Of a DNA stretch of 60,822 bases, positions 1 through 13,100 are shown one piece after another. Position 1 is the stretch's first letter, and each line of letters starts with the position of its first letter. The stretch is from Reclinomonas americana ATCC 50394 (Eukaryota), in NCBI GenBank assembly GCA_048213135.1, contig PS015019.1:7629-68450 (forward strand), read 5' to 3'. Position numbers and translations under genes: made by a program. The notes under the pieces were generated by a model. The model saw nothing but the letters and a program-made list of their open reading frames with translations, was not told the origin of the DNA and searched no databases.

Positions 1-2029
1 GGTCGAGAACCACCTGCGGTGCCTCCATGTCGTCGAACGAGTCTGGAATCACAATCACCGGCGCCTGCACACCGGGTACAAGTTGGCATTAAATGCCTCA
101 TCGCTTGGGGTTGCGAACAAGCACAGAACACGAATATGAACCCACCTCCAGATGCACATCGAGACTGGTGGAGCCCTGCACGGCAGCCGAGATGCGCGAC
201 AAGTACGAATCGCCGTCGGCCGCCAGTGACTCGGCCAGGCGACTGCTGCTGAGCGAGGCCACGTTTCGCAGCACGCGCAGGTCCACAGCCTCCGGCAACA
301 TAAAGAACGCCACTGCACGGGAGAAACACGTATAGTGATTACGAGTTGCGCTTGAGATGCCATGAGACAGCCAGACTCACCAATGCTCTGCACGAATGGC
401 ACACTGAGAGTGACTTGCAGTGGTTGAAATCGGAAGCCCACATGGTGGCCCTGGGTACAATAGCAACACAAGCGACTCTGCGTGAGTGCGAGAGAGAACG
501 AGCAACAGGCCGGTGATCTGCTCTACACACCGCATCATGCTGCAACGGCTCGTAGCGGAATGAGAGCAGCGGGGGGGCGGCACTGGGGGCGTCACTGCCG
601 ATGGCCATGGGTGCCACACGATGACACACGTGAGCGTACCTCGTGTTGGGCGACGTGTCAAACACATCCAAGTTCTCGATAACCACCGACACCTGCAATG
701 GAGAGCACCATGAGCAACGCACCGAGGGATTGTAAGATGGAAGACACGCCCACCCGCTCTGAGCCAAACACATCGACCGACAAGTTGGTGAACTCCAGCA
801 TTGCTAGGCCGACGTGCACGCCACGCATCAGCTCAATCGATCCACGAGACAGCGACACAGACACGTGAAAGCGGAATGATGACTGTGGGGCGAGGGGTAT
901 GTTTTGCGGTGTGGGTACAGCACATGCACATCGTAATCAGGCACAATGATGCTTACCAATGCCTGACTAGAGAAGAACGGCAGCGATGAGGTACTGCCGG
1001 CGCTCGATGATGATGATGATGCCTCCTCCACCATCTCGTGAGACTCGGTGGCCGCCGCCAAGGCACTGCGCTGCTCCTCCATCCAGCGACGCATCTCACG
1101 ACGAATCTCTTCACGCTCCGCCTCTGTGATGCTCACATCGTACACGGGTTCGGGCTCCTCCACCGCCTGCGGAATGCAATCAGCAGCGAGAGAGAAATCA
1201 CCAACAATGGGAATCCCAGACGCACCGGAGCCGCTGGTCTCGTGCCAAAGAAGCGCGCCAGAAAGCCTGGATTGCGAGCGGCCTCACGCTGCTGCTTTTT
1301 CGTCTCATACTGCGTGTGCTTGCGCAGTTCGATCGCCATTTCGCGCCGTGCCAGTGCGCGAAACAGGTACAGGGCCTGTATGTCGAACTCGTCCTCAAGT
1401 CGTTGCAACTCGGCACGACTCGCCTCGTCGAGCGGGGGGAGCTGTGTGCGAGTGTGGCAGTGAGGACGACAGGATGACTAAATATGAGCGGCGGCGGCGC
1501 GCAGACCCAGGGCACAGTGCGCGATCGCTTGTACAACTCGCTGTAGCGTCGTCGACTCCGCGACCAGTGCATGATGTGAGACCACGAAGCACGCTGACGT
1601 CGTTCACGTACAATGTCGAGCACCACCGAGTAGGCATAGCGCCACCATGCGGCAACCGCAGAGGCACCATCTAATGGGCGGCGAGCGGGTCGCAACGAGC
1701 GGTACTGCTCATCGAGACGGAGGGAAAGAGAGAAGGAGAATCAGCAAATCAATTGCGTTGAAGTAGAAGAAGAAGAGGGAAGAGCTGCAGGCGACAGACA
1801 GCCCCTTTTTTTGCCCCCCTCTCTTATTGCACCTCACCTTGTCCACGTGATGCAAGTTGAGGTACCGGTCGCACATGCGCAGAATGGTGCGATACTGCAC
1901 ATCTTGCAACGAGAGCGGAATCGGCTCCAACTCCACCCGCAGCTCCACCGCCCCTGCAACAGAAGCAGCGGGACCACTTGCCGACGCAGAGGAGGACACG
2001 CCGTCAGTGACGACAACAGCGGCCGGGGT
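1..2029 (-). CDS. VPS13: VPS13 N-terminal region, partial multi-exon (copy/allele 1, flipped contig)
   Basis: Spliced minus-strand exons give LQDVQYRTIL...WWRYAYSVVLDIVRERRQRASWSHIMHWSRSRRRYSELYK...LQRLEDEFDIQALYLFRALARRE...GFLARFFG...APVIVIPD...VVLD, typical of the VPS13 N-terminal half. Introns are GT-AG. Confidence 0.8.
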
Positions 2030-2234
2030 NNNNNNNNNNNNNNNNNNNNNNNNNNNNNNNNNNNNNNNNNNNNNNNNNNNNNNNNNNNNNNNNNNNNNNN
2101 NNNNNNNNNNNNNNNNNNNNNNNNNNNNNNNNNNNNNNNNNNNNNNNNNNNNNNNNNNNNNNNNNNNNNNNNNNNNNNNNNNNNNNNNNNNNNNNNNNNN
2201 NNNNNNNNNNNNNNNNNNNNNNNNNNNNNNNNNN

Positions 2235-4269
2235 GATCGAGAACCACCTGTGGTGCCTCCATGTCGTCGAACGAGTCTGGAATCACAATCACCGGTGCCT
2301 GTACACAGGGTACAAGTTGACATTAAATGCCCCATCGCTTGGGGACGCGAACAAGCACAGAACAAGAATATAAACCCACCTCCAGATGCACATCGAGACT
2401 GGTGGAGCCCTGCACGGCAGCCGAGATGCGCGACAAGTACGAATCGCCGTCGGCCGCCAGTGACTCGGCCAGGCGACTGCTGCTGAGCGAGGCCACGTTT
2501 CGCAGCACGCGCAGGTCCACAGCCTCCGGCAGCATAAAGAACGCCACTGCACGGGGGAAACACGTATGGTGATTACGAGTTGTGCTTGAGATGCCACAAG
2601 ACAGCCAGACCCACCAATGCTCTGCACGAATGGCACACTGAGAGTGACTTGCAGTGGTTGAAATCGGAAGCCCACATGGTGGCCCTGGGTATAATAGCAA
2701 CGCAAGCGACTCTTCGTGAGTGCGACAGAGAGCGAGCAACAGGCCAGGTGATCTGCTCTACACACCGCATCATGCTGCAACGGTTCGTAGCGGAATGAGA
2801 GCAGCGGGGGAGCGGCACCGGGGGCGTCACTGCCGACGGCCATGGGTGCCACACGATGACACACGTGAGCGTACCTCGTGTTGGGCGACGTGTCAAACAT
2901 ATCCAAGTTCTCGATAACCACCGACACCTGCAATGGAGAGCACCATGAGCAACGCACCGAGGGATTGTAAGATGGAAGACACGCCCACCCGCTCTGAGCC
3001 AAACACATTGACCGACAAGTTGGTGAACTCCAGCATTGCTAGACCAACGTGCACGCCACGCATCAGCTCAATCGATCCACGAGACAGCGACACAGACACG
3101 TGAAAGCGGAATGATGACTGTGGGGCAAGGGGTATGTTTTGCGGTGTGGGTACAGTACATGCACATCGCAATCAAGGACGATGATGCTTACCAATGCCTG
3201 ACTGGAGAAGAACGGCAGCGATGAGGTACTGCCGGCGCTCGATGATGATGATGATGCCTCCTCCACCATCTCGTGAGACTCGGTGGCCGACGCCAAGGCA
3301 CTTCGCTGCTCCTCCATCCAGCGACGCATCTCACGACGAATCTCTTCACGCTCCGCCTCTGTGATGCTTACATCGTACACGGGTTCGGGTTCCTCCACCG
3401 CCTGCGGAATGCAATCAGTAGCGAGAAAGAAATCACCAACAATGGGAATCCCAGACGCACCGGAGCCGCTGGTCTCGTGCCAAAGAAGCGCGCCAGAAAG
3501 CCTGGATTGCGAGCGGCCTCACGCTGCTGCTTTTTCGTCTCATACTGCGTGTGCTTGCGCAGTTCGATCGCCATTTCGCGCCGTGCCAGTGCGCGAAACA
3601 GGTACAGGGCCTGTATGTCGAACTCGTCCTCAAGTCGTTGCAACTCGGCACGACTCGCCTCGTCGAGCGGTGGGAGCTGTGTGCGAGTGTGGCAGTGAGG
3701 ACGACAGGATGACTGAATACAATGAGCGGCGGCGGCGGCGCGCAGACCCAGGGCACAGTGCGCGATCGCTTGTACAACTCGCTGTAGCGTCGTCGACTCC
3801 GCGACCAGTGCATGATGTGAGACCACGAAGCACGCTGACGTCGTTCACGTACAATGTCGAGTACCACCGAGTAGGCATAGCGCCACCACGCGCCAGCCGC
3901 AGAGGCACCATCCAATGGGCGGCGAGCGGGTCGCAACGAGCGGTACTGCTCATCGAGACGGAGGGAAAGAGAGAAGGAGAATCAGCAAATCAATTGCGTT
4001 GAAGTAGAAGAAGAAGAGGGAAGAGCTGCAGGCGACAGACAACCCCTTTGTAGCCCCCCTCTCTCATTGCACCTCACCTTGTCCACGTGATGCAAGTTGA
4101 GGTACCGGTCGCACATGCGCAGAATGGTGCGATACTGCACATCTTGCAACGAGAGCGGAATCGGCTCCAACTCCACACGCAGCTCCACCGCCCCTGCAAC
4201 AGAAGCAGCGGGACCACTTGCCGACGCAGAGGAGGACACGTCGTCAGTGACGACAACAGCGGCCGGGGC
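2235..4269 (-). CDS. VPS13: VPS13 N-terminal region, partial multi-exon (copy/allele 2, flipped contig)
   Basis: Near-identical to 1-2029 with the same end points. In the first 150 nt compared, differences fall in an intron or at synonymous positions. Confidence 0.8.
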
Positions 4270-4549
4270 NNNNNNNNNNNNNNNNNNNNNNNNNNNNNNN
4301 NNNNNNNNNNNNNNNNNNNNNNNNNNNNNNNNNNNNNNNNNNNNNNNNNNNNNNNNNNNNNNNNNNNNNNNNNNNNNNNNNNNNNNNNNNNNNNNNNNNN
4401 NNNNNNNNNNNNNNNNNNNNNNNNNNNNNNNNNNNNNNNNNNNNNNNNNNNNNNNNNNNNNNNNNNNNNNNNNNNNNNNNNNNNNNNNNNNNNNNNNNNN
4501 NNNNNNNNNNNNNNNNNNNNNNNNNNNNNNNNNNNNNNNNNNNNNNNNC

Positions 4550-4955
4550 AACGCACCAACGGGACTGTCGATGAGTGCCCACACATGCGACACGGCGGCC
4601 GCGAGGGACGGCGCCTGTGCAGTGCCGACTGTGACACCCATGCGAGGAATGGCCATGCAAAAGAACACTCGAGGCAACGCCGCCGGTGCCGTCGGCAAGT
4701 CCGACATTAACAACTCCGCAAAGGCCACGCATGGCTCGAGAATTTCACCCCCCTCTTCGGCCTCGGTGTTTCCGCGTCGTCCAACCACGCGTATGCTTGT
4801 TCGATCCAAGCGGAACACGTAGCACCGATTGTAATGAAGACGGTCACGAGCTGAGAGACCGCTGTCACCCAGACCACGACGCACGTCAGCGATGGTGGCC
4901 TCTCGTCGAACATCGGTGGCTGATCGATTGTCGGTGAGCAGTGTCAGGCAGCCGA
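4550..4955 (-). CDS. VPS13: VPS13 internal exon (flipped contig)
   Basis: The reverse complement continues the previous contig in frame (GAT C|TC GGC TGC = VVLDLGCLTL) and ends in a GTGCGTTG donor that overlaps the start of the + strand contig at 5070 (CGTTG). Confidence 0.75.
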
Positions 4956-5128
4956 NNNNNNNNNNNNNNNNNNNNNNNNNNNNNNNNNNNNNNNNNNNNN
5001 NNNNNNNNNNNNNNNNNNNNNNNNNNNNNNNNNNNNNNNNNNNNNNNNNNNNNNNNNNNNNNNNNNNNNCGTTGTCTGTCGCGACAGTTGGTAGAAGTCA
5101 CAGCAGTTTACATGAGGAGTGTGCGCAG

Positions 5129-8100
5129 GTGATTTATCGACTTTCGACGAGGTAGCGCACGCCGGGGTGGTGGACGTGTATCAGCCCTTGCTGCAAATAT
5201 GGCATCGCCGCTACTGTGCACTGCGACGTAATGTGCTGTCCATTTACACCGGACCGTTGCGCAACGGCAGTGCTCCTTGTCATTCTTCTCTCCTCTCCTC
5301 TCATCACGCTTTGATTCATTACGCACAGTCACGCCCGCAATGCTGAGGAGTGCTTCACATTGGATCCGTCGGTGCAATGCGTTGCTGAGGAGTCCTCCGG
5401 CGACGATTGGATTCTGTGCATCACCTGGCCATCGTCGGCACTCGGTGTTGAGTCGCGCGCGTTGCGACTTTGCTCTGCCAACGCTGATGAGCGACAGCGT
5501 TGGCTGTCTGCGCTGTCATGCGCTGCGGCTCCACTGGAGTTGTGGTCGCAACTCGGGCGCTCACCCTCTGCTGTCGACGACACCGAGACCAGCATCGAGT
5601 TGCGCATGATGAACGCGCGCGCGTGTGCGTATGTTGGATTGTCTCTCACTCGTTGTCCACCTGCACAGTTTTCTGATGGCCACGGAGACCCGCACATCGT
5701 CGGCGGCTGCTGCCGTGGATGCGTCTGGTGGGGCGACGCCTTCTTCTTCTTCGTCACTGTCGACTTCATCACGATCACTCGTTGAGCAGGTAGCGTGCAC
5801 CAGCCATGTGAGCATGCTCCGTCTGCTGCTGACAGTGTGTGTGTATGTCTCTCTCGCTCAGGTCCGCTATCAGACCAAGTTCTCCTGCGGAACCATTGTC
5901 GTGCTCGTTCAAGGTGATCTTTCGTGCGAGGATACTACTGATGTTGTGTGGTTCTCACGAGCACCTGGTGTAGAATCGGAGACACGACAGCTGGTTGTGG
6001 GATCGGCAGACAACTTGTCCCTTGATGTGAGCGGAACCAGCCGCACGTTTTCCGCTCGGCTCGACGTGCAATCCGCCCACGTCTTTGACCTCTTGCACCG
6101 CGCGCGATGTGCCGACGGTTTGTTCTGACACTTCGGTCACTAATAGGTGTCGCGTTGTCGTTGCTCACTCACCTTGACACAGAGAAAATGTCGCACAGCG
6201 TAGAGGCTGTGGCACATGGCGACGACCATCATGTACTTCGTGTGCAATACGTGACACATACGTCGGTGCGTATCGCCTGCATCTTTCTCTTCTTCTTTCT
6301 TTCGTCGCTCAATGTCACGCCAGGGTCCTGTGGCAAGCACCTTGCACGTACGAGTGTCGGGCGTGACCACACGCTTGCATCCACCAACCAATCTGGAAAT
6401 CACGCGCCGTCTGCTGTACTGTGCGCGACACGGGATGCTGTACCAGCGGCATGTGGCCGCTGCCGATGCAGCAGCATCTAAACGAGGTGTGTGGTACGGC
6501 ACGCTGTCGAGTCACTCCGTGCGTCGGCTACTGATGCTGTTGCGCGTGTGTGTGATCAGCAGAGCCGTCGCTGCACTTGTCGAAGAAACAGGCGGCGGCG
6601 GCGTCTGTTCTAATACCCGCGGTACATTCTGTTCGATTGGAGCTGTCACAGTTCACAGTGCACTGTGTGGAGGAGGATGTGCAGCTAGCCGTGTGTACAT
6701 TGTCATCAATGGCTGCCGAGGCCACGCTTCAGCATGGTTCCCTTCGTCAGCTTGAGTTGCGTTCACATGTTCTACAGTACACTCGTCGTCGAGATCGCTC
6801 ACTTTATATGCACGTGGCGTGGTGCACAGAGCATCTCTCGGCAGTGTGGTTGTGCAATCGGTGGTGGCAGTCGGCGACAATCGCCTGCGCACGCTTCTCA
6901 GTGTGGAGGACGTGTCGGGGGAGGATTCCGATCGTGCGCAGCCGTTTATTGTCTTGCATTTCGACACCGACAACGACCGTCTGCCAGCTCCACTTGCTGG
7001 TGTGCCGGCTGCACAAGGCAATCTGGTGGCACGCATTCGCTCCCTTCGCGTGCTGCTGGTCGCCAGCGTATTGGAGCGCTTGCATTCGTACTGTGGAGCA
7101 GCGTGGACTCACACCATGCGAGTGCTGATGGATGCACGCTCGTTGGCGGAGCAGCCGCCGCTGTCGCGCAGTCGTGCAGTTCCTAGCGTGATGGTCGACA
7201 CCACAGCGGCCGAATCGCCTGCAGTGCTTTCCTCTCTCAGCGGCAGCTCGCGACCCTACTGGCTCATGCGTNNNNNNNNNNNNNNNNNNNNATCACCATG
7301 GCCGCGCCAGTGATCGGAGTGCCGTGCGAGGCCGGAACCGACAGCATTCATGTGCGCCTCGGCGACTTTTCTGCCGAAAACACCATTGCATTATCGGTGA
7401 GCTCACGACAGTTGATGTGTTCTTGATGTGCTCCATGCTCACACACCGCACCGTCTGGCTGATGCTGAAGGCTGTCGGAGATGGCACGATGGTGGAGATG
7501 TGGCGACTGCGTCTCAACAATGTGCATGTTGACGCTGCGATGGCGGCACTGTCGGAGCGCGCGGCCGTGGTGATGAATGTGCACCTGACAATGGACGTGT
7601 CGCGGTGAGGCTTTCGTCGCTGCACTTGTGATGAAAGATGTTGGTGTTGCTCATTATACTATCGTCGATCAGGTCATTGCTGCTTTCGCAAGCGCAACAC
7701 CTGGACGTGCATGCCTCACTGTCGCCGTTTGCGTTGCACTTGGAGAGGCGAATCGTGGACCTGCTGCTCGCCTCAGTGCTTCACCAGCTGCTTGCTGTGA
7801 GCGCAGCGCTGTCTCCTCGACCTGCTAGCCTGCATGCACATACTGCCGCCACGTCAGTGATGGAATTTGTCGATGCTCAAGCGCTGCATTACCGTGCGTC
7901 TGCTGCTGCGTCGGCGGAGGCGGACGACTCTGTCGACCTGTTCAGCACGCCAATACTACGTTCGCGACCACCGCCGAAGCGAGCCACAGCCAATGCAAGT
8001 GGTTCAGAGCGCACACCCATGCCGCCATCGAGCATGTCACCGTGGTCACTGTCACTGACGAGTGTGTTGGAGGAGGTGTCGCTGACAGTGGCCGGTATGC

Positions 8101-10139
8101 ACGTCAATTAGAAGCTTGTCATTGCCACTTACTTGATGCAGCTGTTGTTTGGCTGAGCCGCTTCTCTGTGTGTTGCCTCTGTGTAGCTCCGTCTGCCAAC
8201 CGCTCATGCACAGTGTTTGTGCGCGGCATTCATTCCCACATCAACTATGGCTGTCTCGACGGCGTGCGACTGCCGGCGGCTCGCCGCTGCCGCTTACGTG
8301 CCGACGAATTTGGCGTGCACTACGACGATGTGGACGTGGATGCCGAATTCGCCAGTGTGGTTGCTCGTAAGCGCGCCGTCGGTGTGGACAGTGATGGTGG
8401 ACCGCAGTTCGAGTTCATGTGGCGCATCGTGGACAGTGAGGAGGTGTCAGTTGCTGTCAGCGACGTGCGTATCACGGTGTTGCCTGCGTGCATCGAGCTG
8501 TTCTCGGTTTGTTTCGTTCCTGCGGGGGGCGCAGATGCCGCGCGAGAAATATGTTCATCGCTGCTGGTTGTACAGGATGTCATGACGTCTGTGCTTGCTG
8601 CACCGGAGAGTGCGTCGTCATCGGCATCGATCAGCAGCAAGGAAAGGGAGCATGCGAGAGCCGAAGAGTCGCTGCCATGCATGCATGATGCACGCAACCT
8701 GGCTGTCGACGAGTCGTCCGACGATGTTCTCCTCCTGGTGGGCGACTTGCGACTGCAGGAGGTTCGCGTGTATGAACGAGGCAGCACGGTCGGCATTGCG
8801 ACAATCGCTTCTCACACAAACGTGTCCATGTGCGCAGACACTGCGACTGTCGCCCGTGCGGCGACTTCGTGTGTTGCCATCAGCCGAGCGACCGCACGGC
8901 CGACCAGTGATTCTCGATGGCGACGGTCACGATCTGATTCTCGACGACATGGGCACGAGTTGGCCTCTGCTCTTGCTGGGTCCAGGAGTGGTGAGTGTTG
9001 CTGCAAGTGGAAGAGAAAACTTCTCCAAATATGGTAGTCATGGTCGCGTGTTGTGCAGCATCTGGTTCTACGCAATGTGCGCTTGCTGTACAACCAGAAC
9101 CTTCCATTGGCGGCCATGGTAGCGTTCGACGATGATGCCGGTTCGCTGCGCGCTTCTCTCGCCGACGGCGTCGATCACGGACCTCTCGTGTCGCTGTTGC
9201 CATCTGTACCACACGCACAACAACCGCCACCACCACCGCCACCACCACCACCGATGCCATCGCGCTTGTCATCAACACCTGACGAACCAAACGAACGCCG
9301 TGCACTGCTAGTCGCTCCACCAGGTGAAGGTGTGCCGCCACCGCCACCACCACCGTCTACGGTGTCTGCCATCAGCCGCACTGTCAACATCACAGTGGCT
9401 TCGACAACCTTCCGCGTGCCGCTGACTCCGTCGGACCGCGCATCGCTCGCGCTCACCGCCACCGGCGACGCCACGGTCTCCGTGTCATTTGCACCACCTT
9501 GCCCGCTGCCGTCATCAACCGACGGTGGCAGGGTGCCACTGGACATGGACCTGCATGCCACCTTTGGCAGCATGTCTCTGGCCGTGGAGAGCACAGCATT
9601 GGCATCGAAACAGACCATGGCTGGACCGCTGTCTGTGTCACTCTCAATCTCCAACAGTTTCGTCGGTGTGGTGCTCGTCAGCGTTGCGTGTGCTCAACCG
9701 TAAGCCACATGGGGGTTTTACGCAGAACTCATCGAAGAGTGCCGAGTGATGCACACGGATGTCGAGGCGGAGAAATTTGAGGCACACATGTCGCATCATG
9801 TTGAGTCTCGCACACACACACACGCAGGGAAGTGCTTGTCTCACGCCGCGCGTGTGCACAGGATGTGACGGTTCTGGCCCGTGTCATCGCCATTGTTGCT
9901 CGCACGGCACTCGCGTTGCAAGTGGTGTCGGAAGGTCGGCCCGACAGCTCTGCTGCCGCCGCTCTCAACCCAGCTGAGCCAGTAGCACCCGCTGCCAGTA
10001 CCGTTCAGCATCTCACTGCGGTGCGCTTTTCGTGCCCGCTTGTGCGCGTGGACGTTTCCGACACTATTCTGCCACTGGTCGAGGCCCAGCTCACCAACGT
10101 GCTGTGGGAGCACACTTCCACGTCTGATACGGTGAGCGC

Positions 10140-10191
<52 letters not shown>

Positions 10192-13100
10192 TACGTACCG
10201 TACCNNNNNNNNNNNNNNNNNNNNNNNNNNNNNNNNNNNNNNNNNNNNNNNNNNNNNNNNNNNNNNNNNNNNNNNNNNNNNNNNNNNNNNNNNNNNNNNN
10301 NNNNNNNNNNNNNNNNNNNNNNNNNNNNNNNNNNNNNNNNNNNNNNNNNNNNNNNNNNNNNNNNNNNNNNNNNNNNNNNNNNNNNNNNNNNNNNNNNNNN
10401 NNNNNNNNNNNNNNNNNNNNNNNNNNNNNNNNNNNNNNNNNNNNNNNNNNNNNNNNNNNNNNNNNNNNNNNNNNNNNNNNNNNNNNNNNNNNNNNNNNNN
10501 NNNNNNNNNNNNNNNNNNNNNNNNNNNNNNNNNNNNNNNNNNNNNNNNNNNNNNNNNNNNNNNNNNNNNNNNNNNNNNNNNNNNNNNNNNNNNNNNNNNN
10601 NNNNNNNNNNNNNNNNNNNNNNNNNNNNNNNNNNNNNNNNNNNNNNNNNNNNNNNNNNNNNNNNNNNNNNNNNNNNNNNNNNNNNNNNNNNNNNNNNNNN
10701 NNNNNNNNNNNNNNNNNNNNNNNNNNNNNNNNNNNNNNNNNNNNNNNNNNNNNNNNNNNNNNNNNNNNNNNNNNNNNNNNNNNNNNNNNNNNNNNNNNNN
10801 NNNNNNNNNNNNNNNNNNNNNNNNNNNNNNNNNNNNNNNNNNNNNNNNNNNNNNNNNNNNNNNNNNNNNNNNNNNNNNNNNNNNNNNNNNNNNNNNNNNN
10901 NNNNNNNNNNNNNNNNNNNNNNNNNNNNNNNNNNNNNNNNNNNNNNNNNNNNNNNNNNNNNNNNNNNNNNNNNNNNNNNGAGAGAGAGAGAGAGTTGTAC
11001 CGTCACTCCCCAGTAAGGTGGCTGACGAGAGCCTTGTGTGTGAGAGCAGTCTTCGTCGGCGCTGCACACGCAAGTCGATGTGTACACATTCAATACTCGC
11101 GTCGAGGCCTGGGAACCGTTTATCGAGACGTGGACTCCCACCCTGACGGTTGGGCAACCAACAATGCAACCGCTTCCCACCTCACCAGTACCTCTCATTA
11201 TATTACGGTCTGTCCCTTCCGCAGATCGCCCGTGGTTCTGTGCTTTCACTCAAGCCCGTGGATGCCATTCTTGCCGACATGTTGGCATCGGAGCAAGTTG
11301 GTGTTGTACCAGACCCGTACCGCACACTGGGTGCTGGAGGTCCCATGTCGACCTCTGGTGCCGGAGGGAGTGGCTTGATTCGTGGTCGCGCGCAGCGCAC
11401 TGTCACACTGCTGGCGTCTTCCGACTCACTCGACATCAACATCACTGTGGGCTTGTTGTCGACCCTGGATCGCTTGCAGCGTGCACTGCTCGCATCGAGT
11501 GCGTATGCAGCAGCTCTTTGCGCAGTTTACGTATTGGACTGTCACTCACTTCTTTCTGTATACAAAGGTCCCTCGGAGCTGACAGCGGCCATGTACGTGC
11601 ACCCGNNNNNNNNNNNNNNNNNNNNNNNNNNNNNNNNNNNNNNNNNNNNNNNNNNNNNNNNNNNNNNNNNNNNNNNNNNNNNNNNNNNNNNNNNNNNNNN
11701 NNNNNNNNNNNNNNNNNNNNNNNNNNNNNNNNNNNNNNNNNNNNNNNNNNNNNNNNNNNNNNNNNNNNNNNNNNNNNNNNNNNNNNNNNNNNNNNNNNNN
11801 NNNNNNNNNNNNNNNNNNNNNNNNNNNNNNNNNNNNNNNNNNNNNNNNNNNNNNNNNNNNNNNNNNNNNNNNNNNNNNNNNNNNNNNNNNNNNNNNNNNN
11901 NNNNNNNNNNNNNNNNNNNNNNNNNNNNNNNNNNNNNNNNNNNNNNNNNNNNNNNNNNNNNNNNNNNNNNNNNNNNNNNNNNNNNNNNNNNNNNNNNNNN
12001 NNNNNNNNNNNNNNNNNNNNNNNNNNNNNNNNNNNNNNNNNNNNNNNNNNNNNNNNNNNNNNNNNNNNNNNNNNNNNNNNNNNNNNNNNNNNNNNNNNNN
12101 NNNNNNNNNNNNNNNNNNNNNNNNNNNNNNNNNNNNNNNNNNNNNNNNNNNNNNNNNNNNNNNNNNNNNNNNNNNNNNNNNNNNNNNNNNNNNNNNNNNN
12201 NNNNNNNNNNNNNNNNNNNNNNNNNNNNNNNNNNNNNNNNNNNNNNNNNNNNNNNNNNNNNNNNNNNNNNNNNNNNNNNNNNNNNNNNNNNNNNNNNNNN
12301 NNNNNNNNNNNNNNNNNNNNNNNNNNNNNNNNNNNNNNNNNNNNNNNNNNNNNNNNNNNNNNNNNNNNNNNNNNNNNNNNNNNNNNNNNNNNNNNNNNNN
12401 NNNNNNNNNNNNNNNNNNNNNNNNNNNNNNNNNNNNNNNNCCGACGTGCCACTCATTCACGCTGTTGAACTTGACTGGCGCACCGCTGGTGGTGTCGCGA
12501 GTCGGTCGCGGCGAGGATCGTGAATACGTTGTGGTCGACCCGGACGACAGGAAGCAGATGGCGGTGGATTTGCGTGCGACAGGGCTCGACGTTGAGTACC
12601 CAAGATAACGATGAGAAGAAGTGTGCGAGAAAGAGAGAGAGAGACTGATATTTTGTGCGCGTTTTTTCTTGCAGGCGGAGACGCAGTTCGAGCTCACTGT
12701 GCACGCCGCCTTCCCGGACACGGAGCCGGCAGTGATTGGACCCATGTCCATTCGCAAGAATGGTGTCGTCCACAAGCACATTCTTGGGACCAATGGCCGT
12801 GCACTGATTGTCGAAGTTGCGTCGCCGTGGGTGAAGCCGACTGATCTTGTGTGATCTGAGAGTTTCCGTGTGGTATCTATCAGTCGACGACCAGCAGCAA
12901 GGGCGAGCGTATTGTGGAACTGAAGTCACCAATCGAGGTCTACAATGCGACCTCGCACCCGCTGCGCGTCTGCTTGCGTGCGCGCGGTCGTCCTGATCGC
13001 TTCACTCCGGAAGCAATTCGTTTCGTGTGCTCGCATGTGTTACGTGGTCGCTGTGTTACTCATGCACGGCGTGCAAAACTACGTAGCGCCGGGTGGTAGA

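Noticed and set aside
1-4955. Real tandem duplication, gene scrambling or trans-splicing of VPS13
   Set aside because: All breakpoints coincide with N gaps and the flipped contigs join exactly, so an assembly artefact is simpler.
10188-10204. TACG-like repeats next to microsatellites and gaps (also about 27985-28040)
   Set aside because: They match TACG flow-order noise at pyrosequencing read ends and are likely artefacts.
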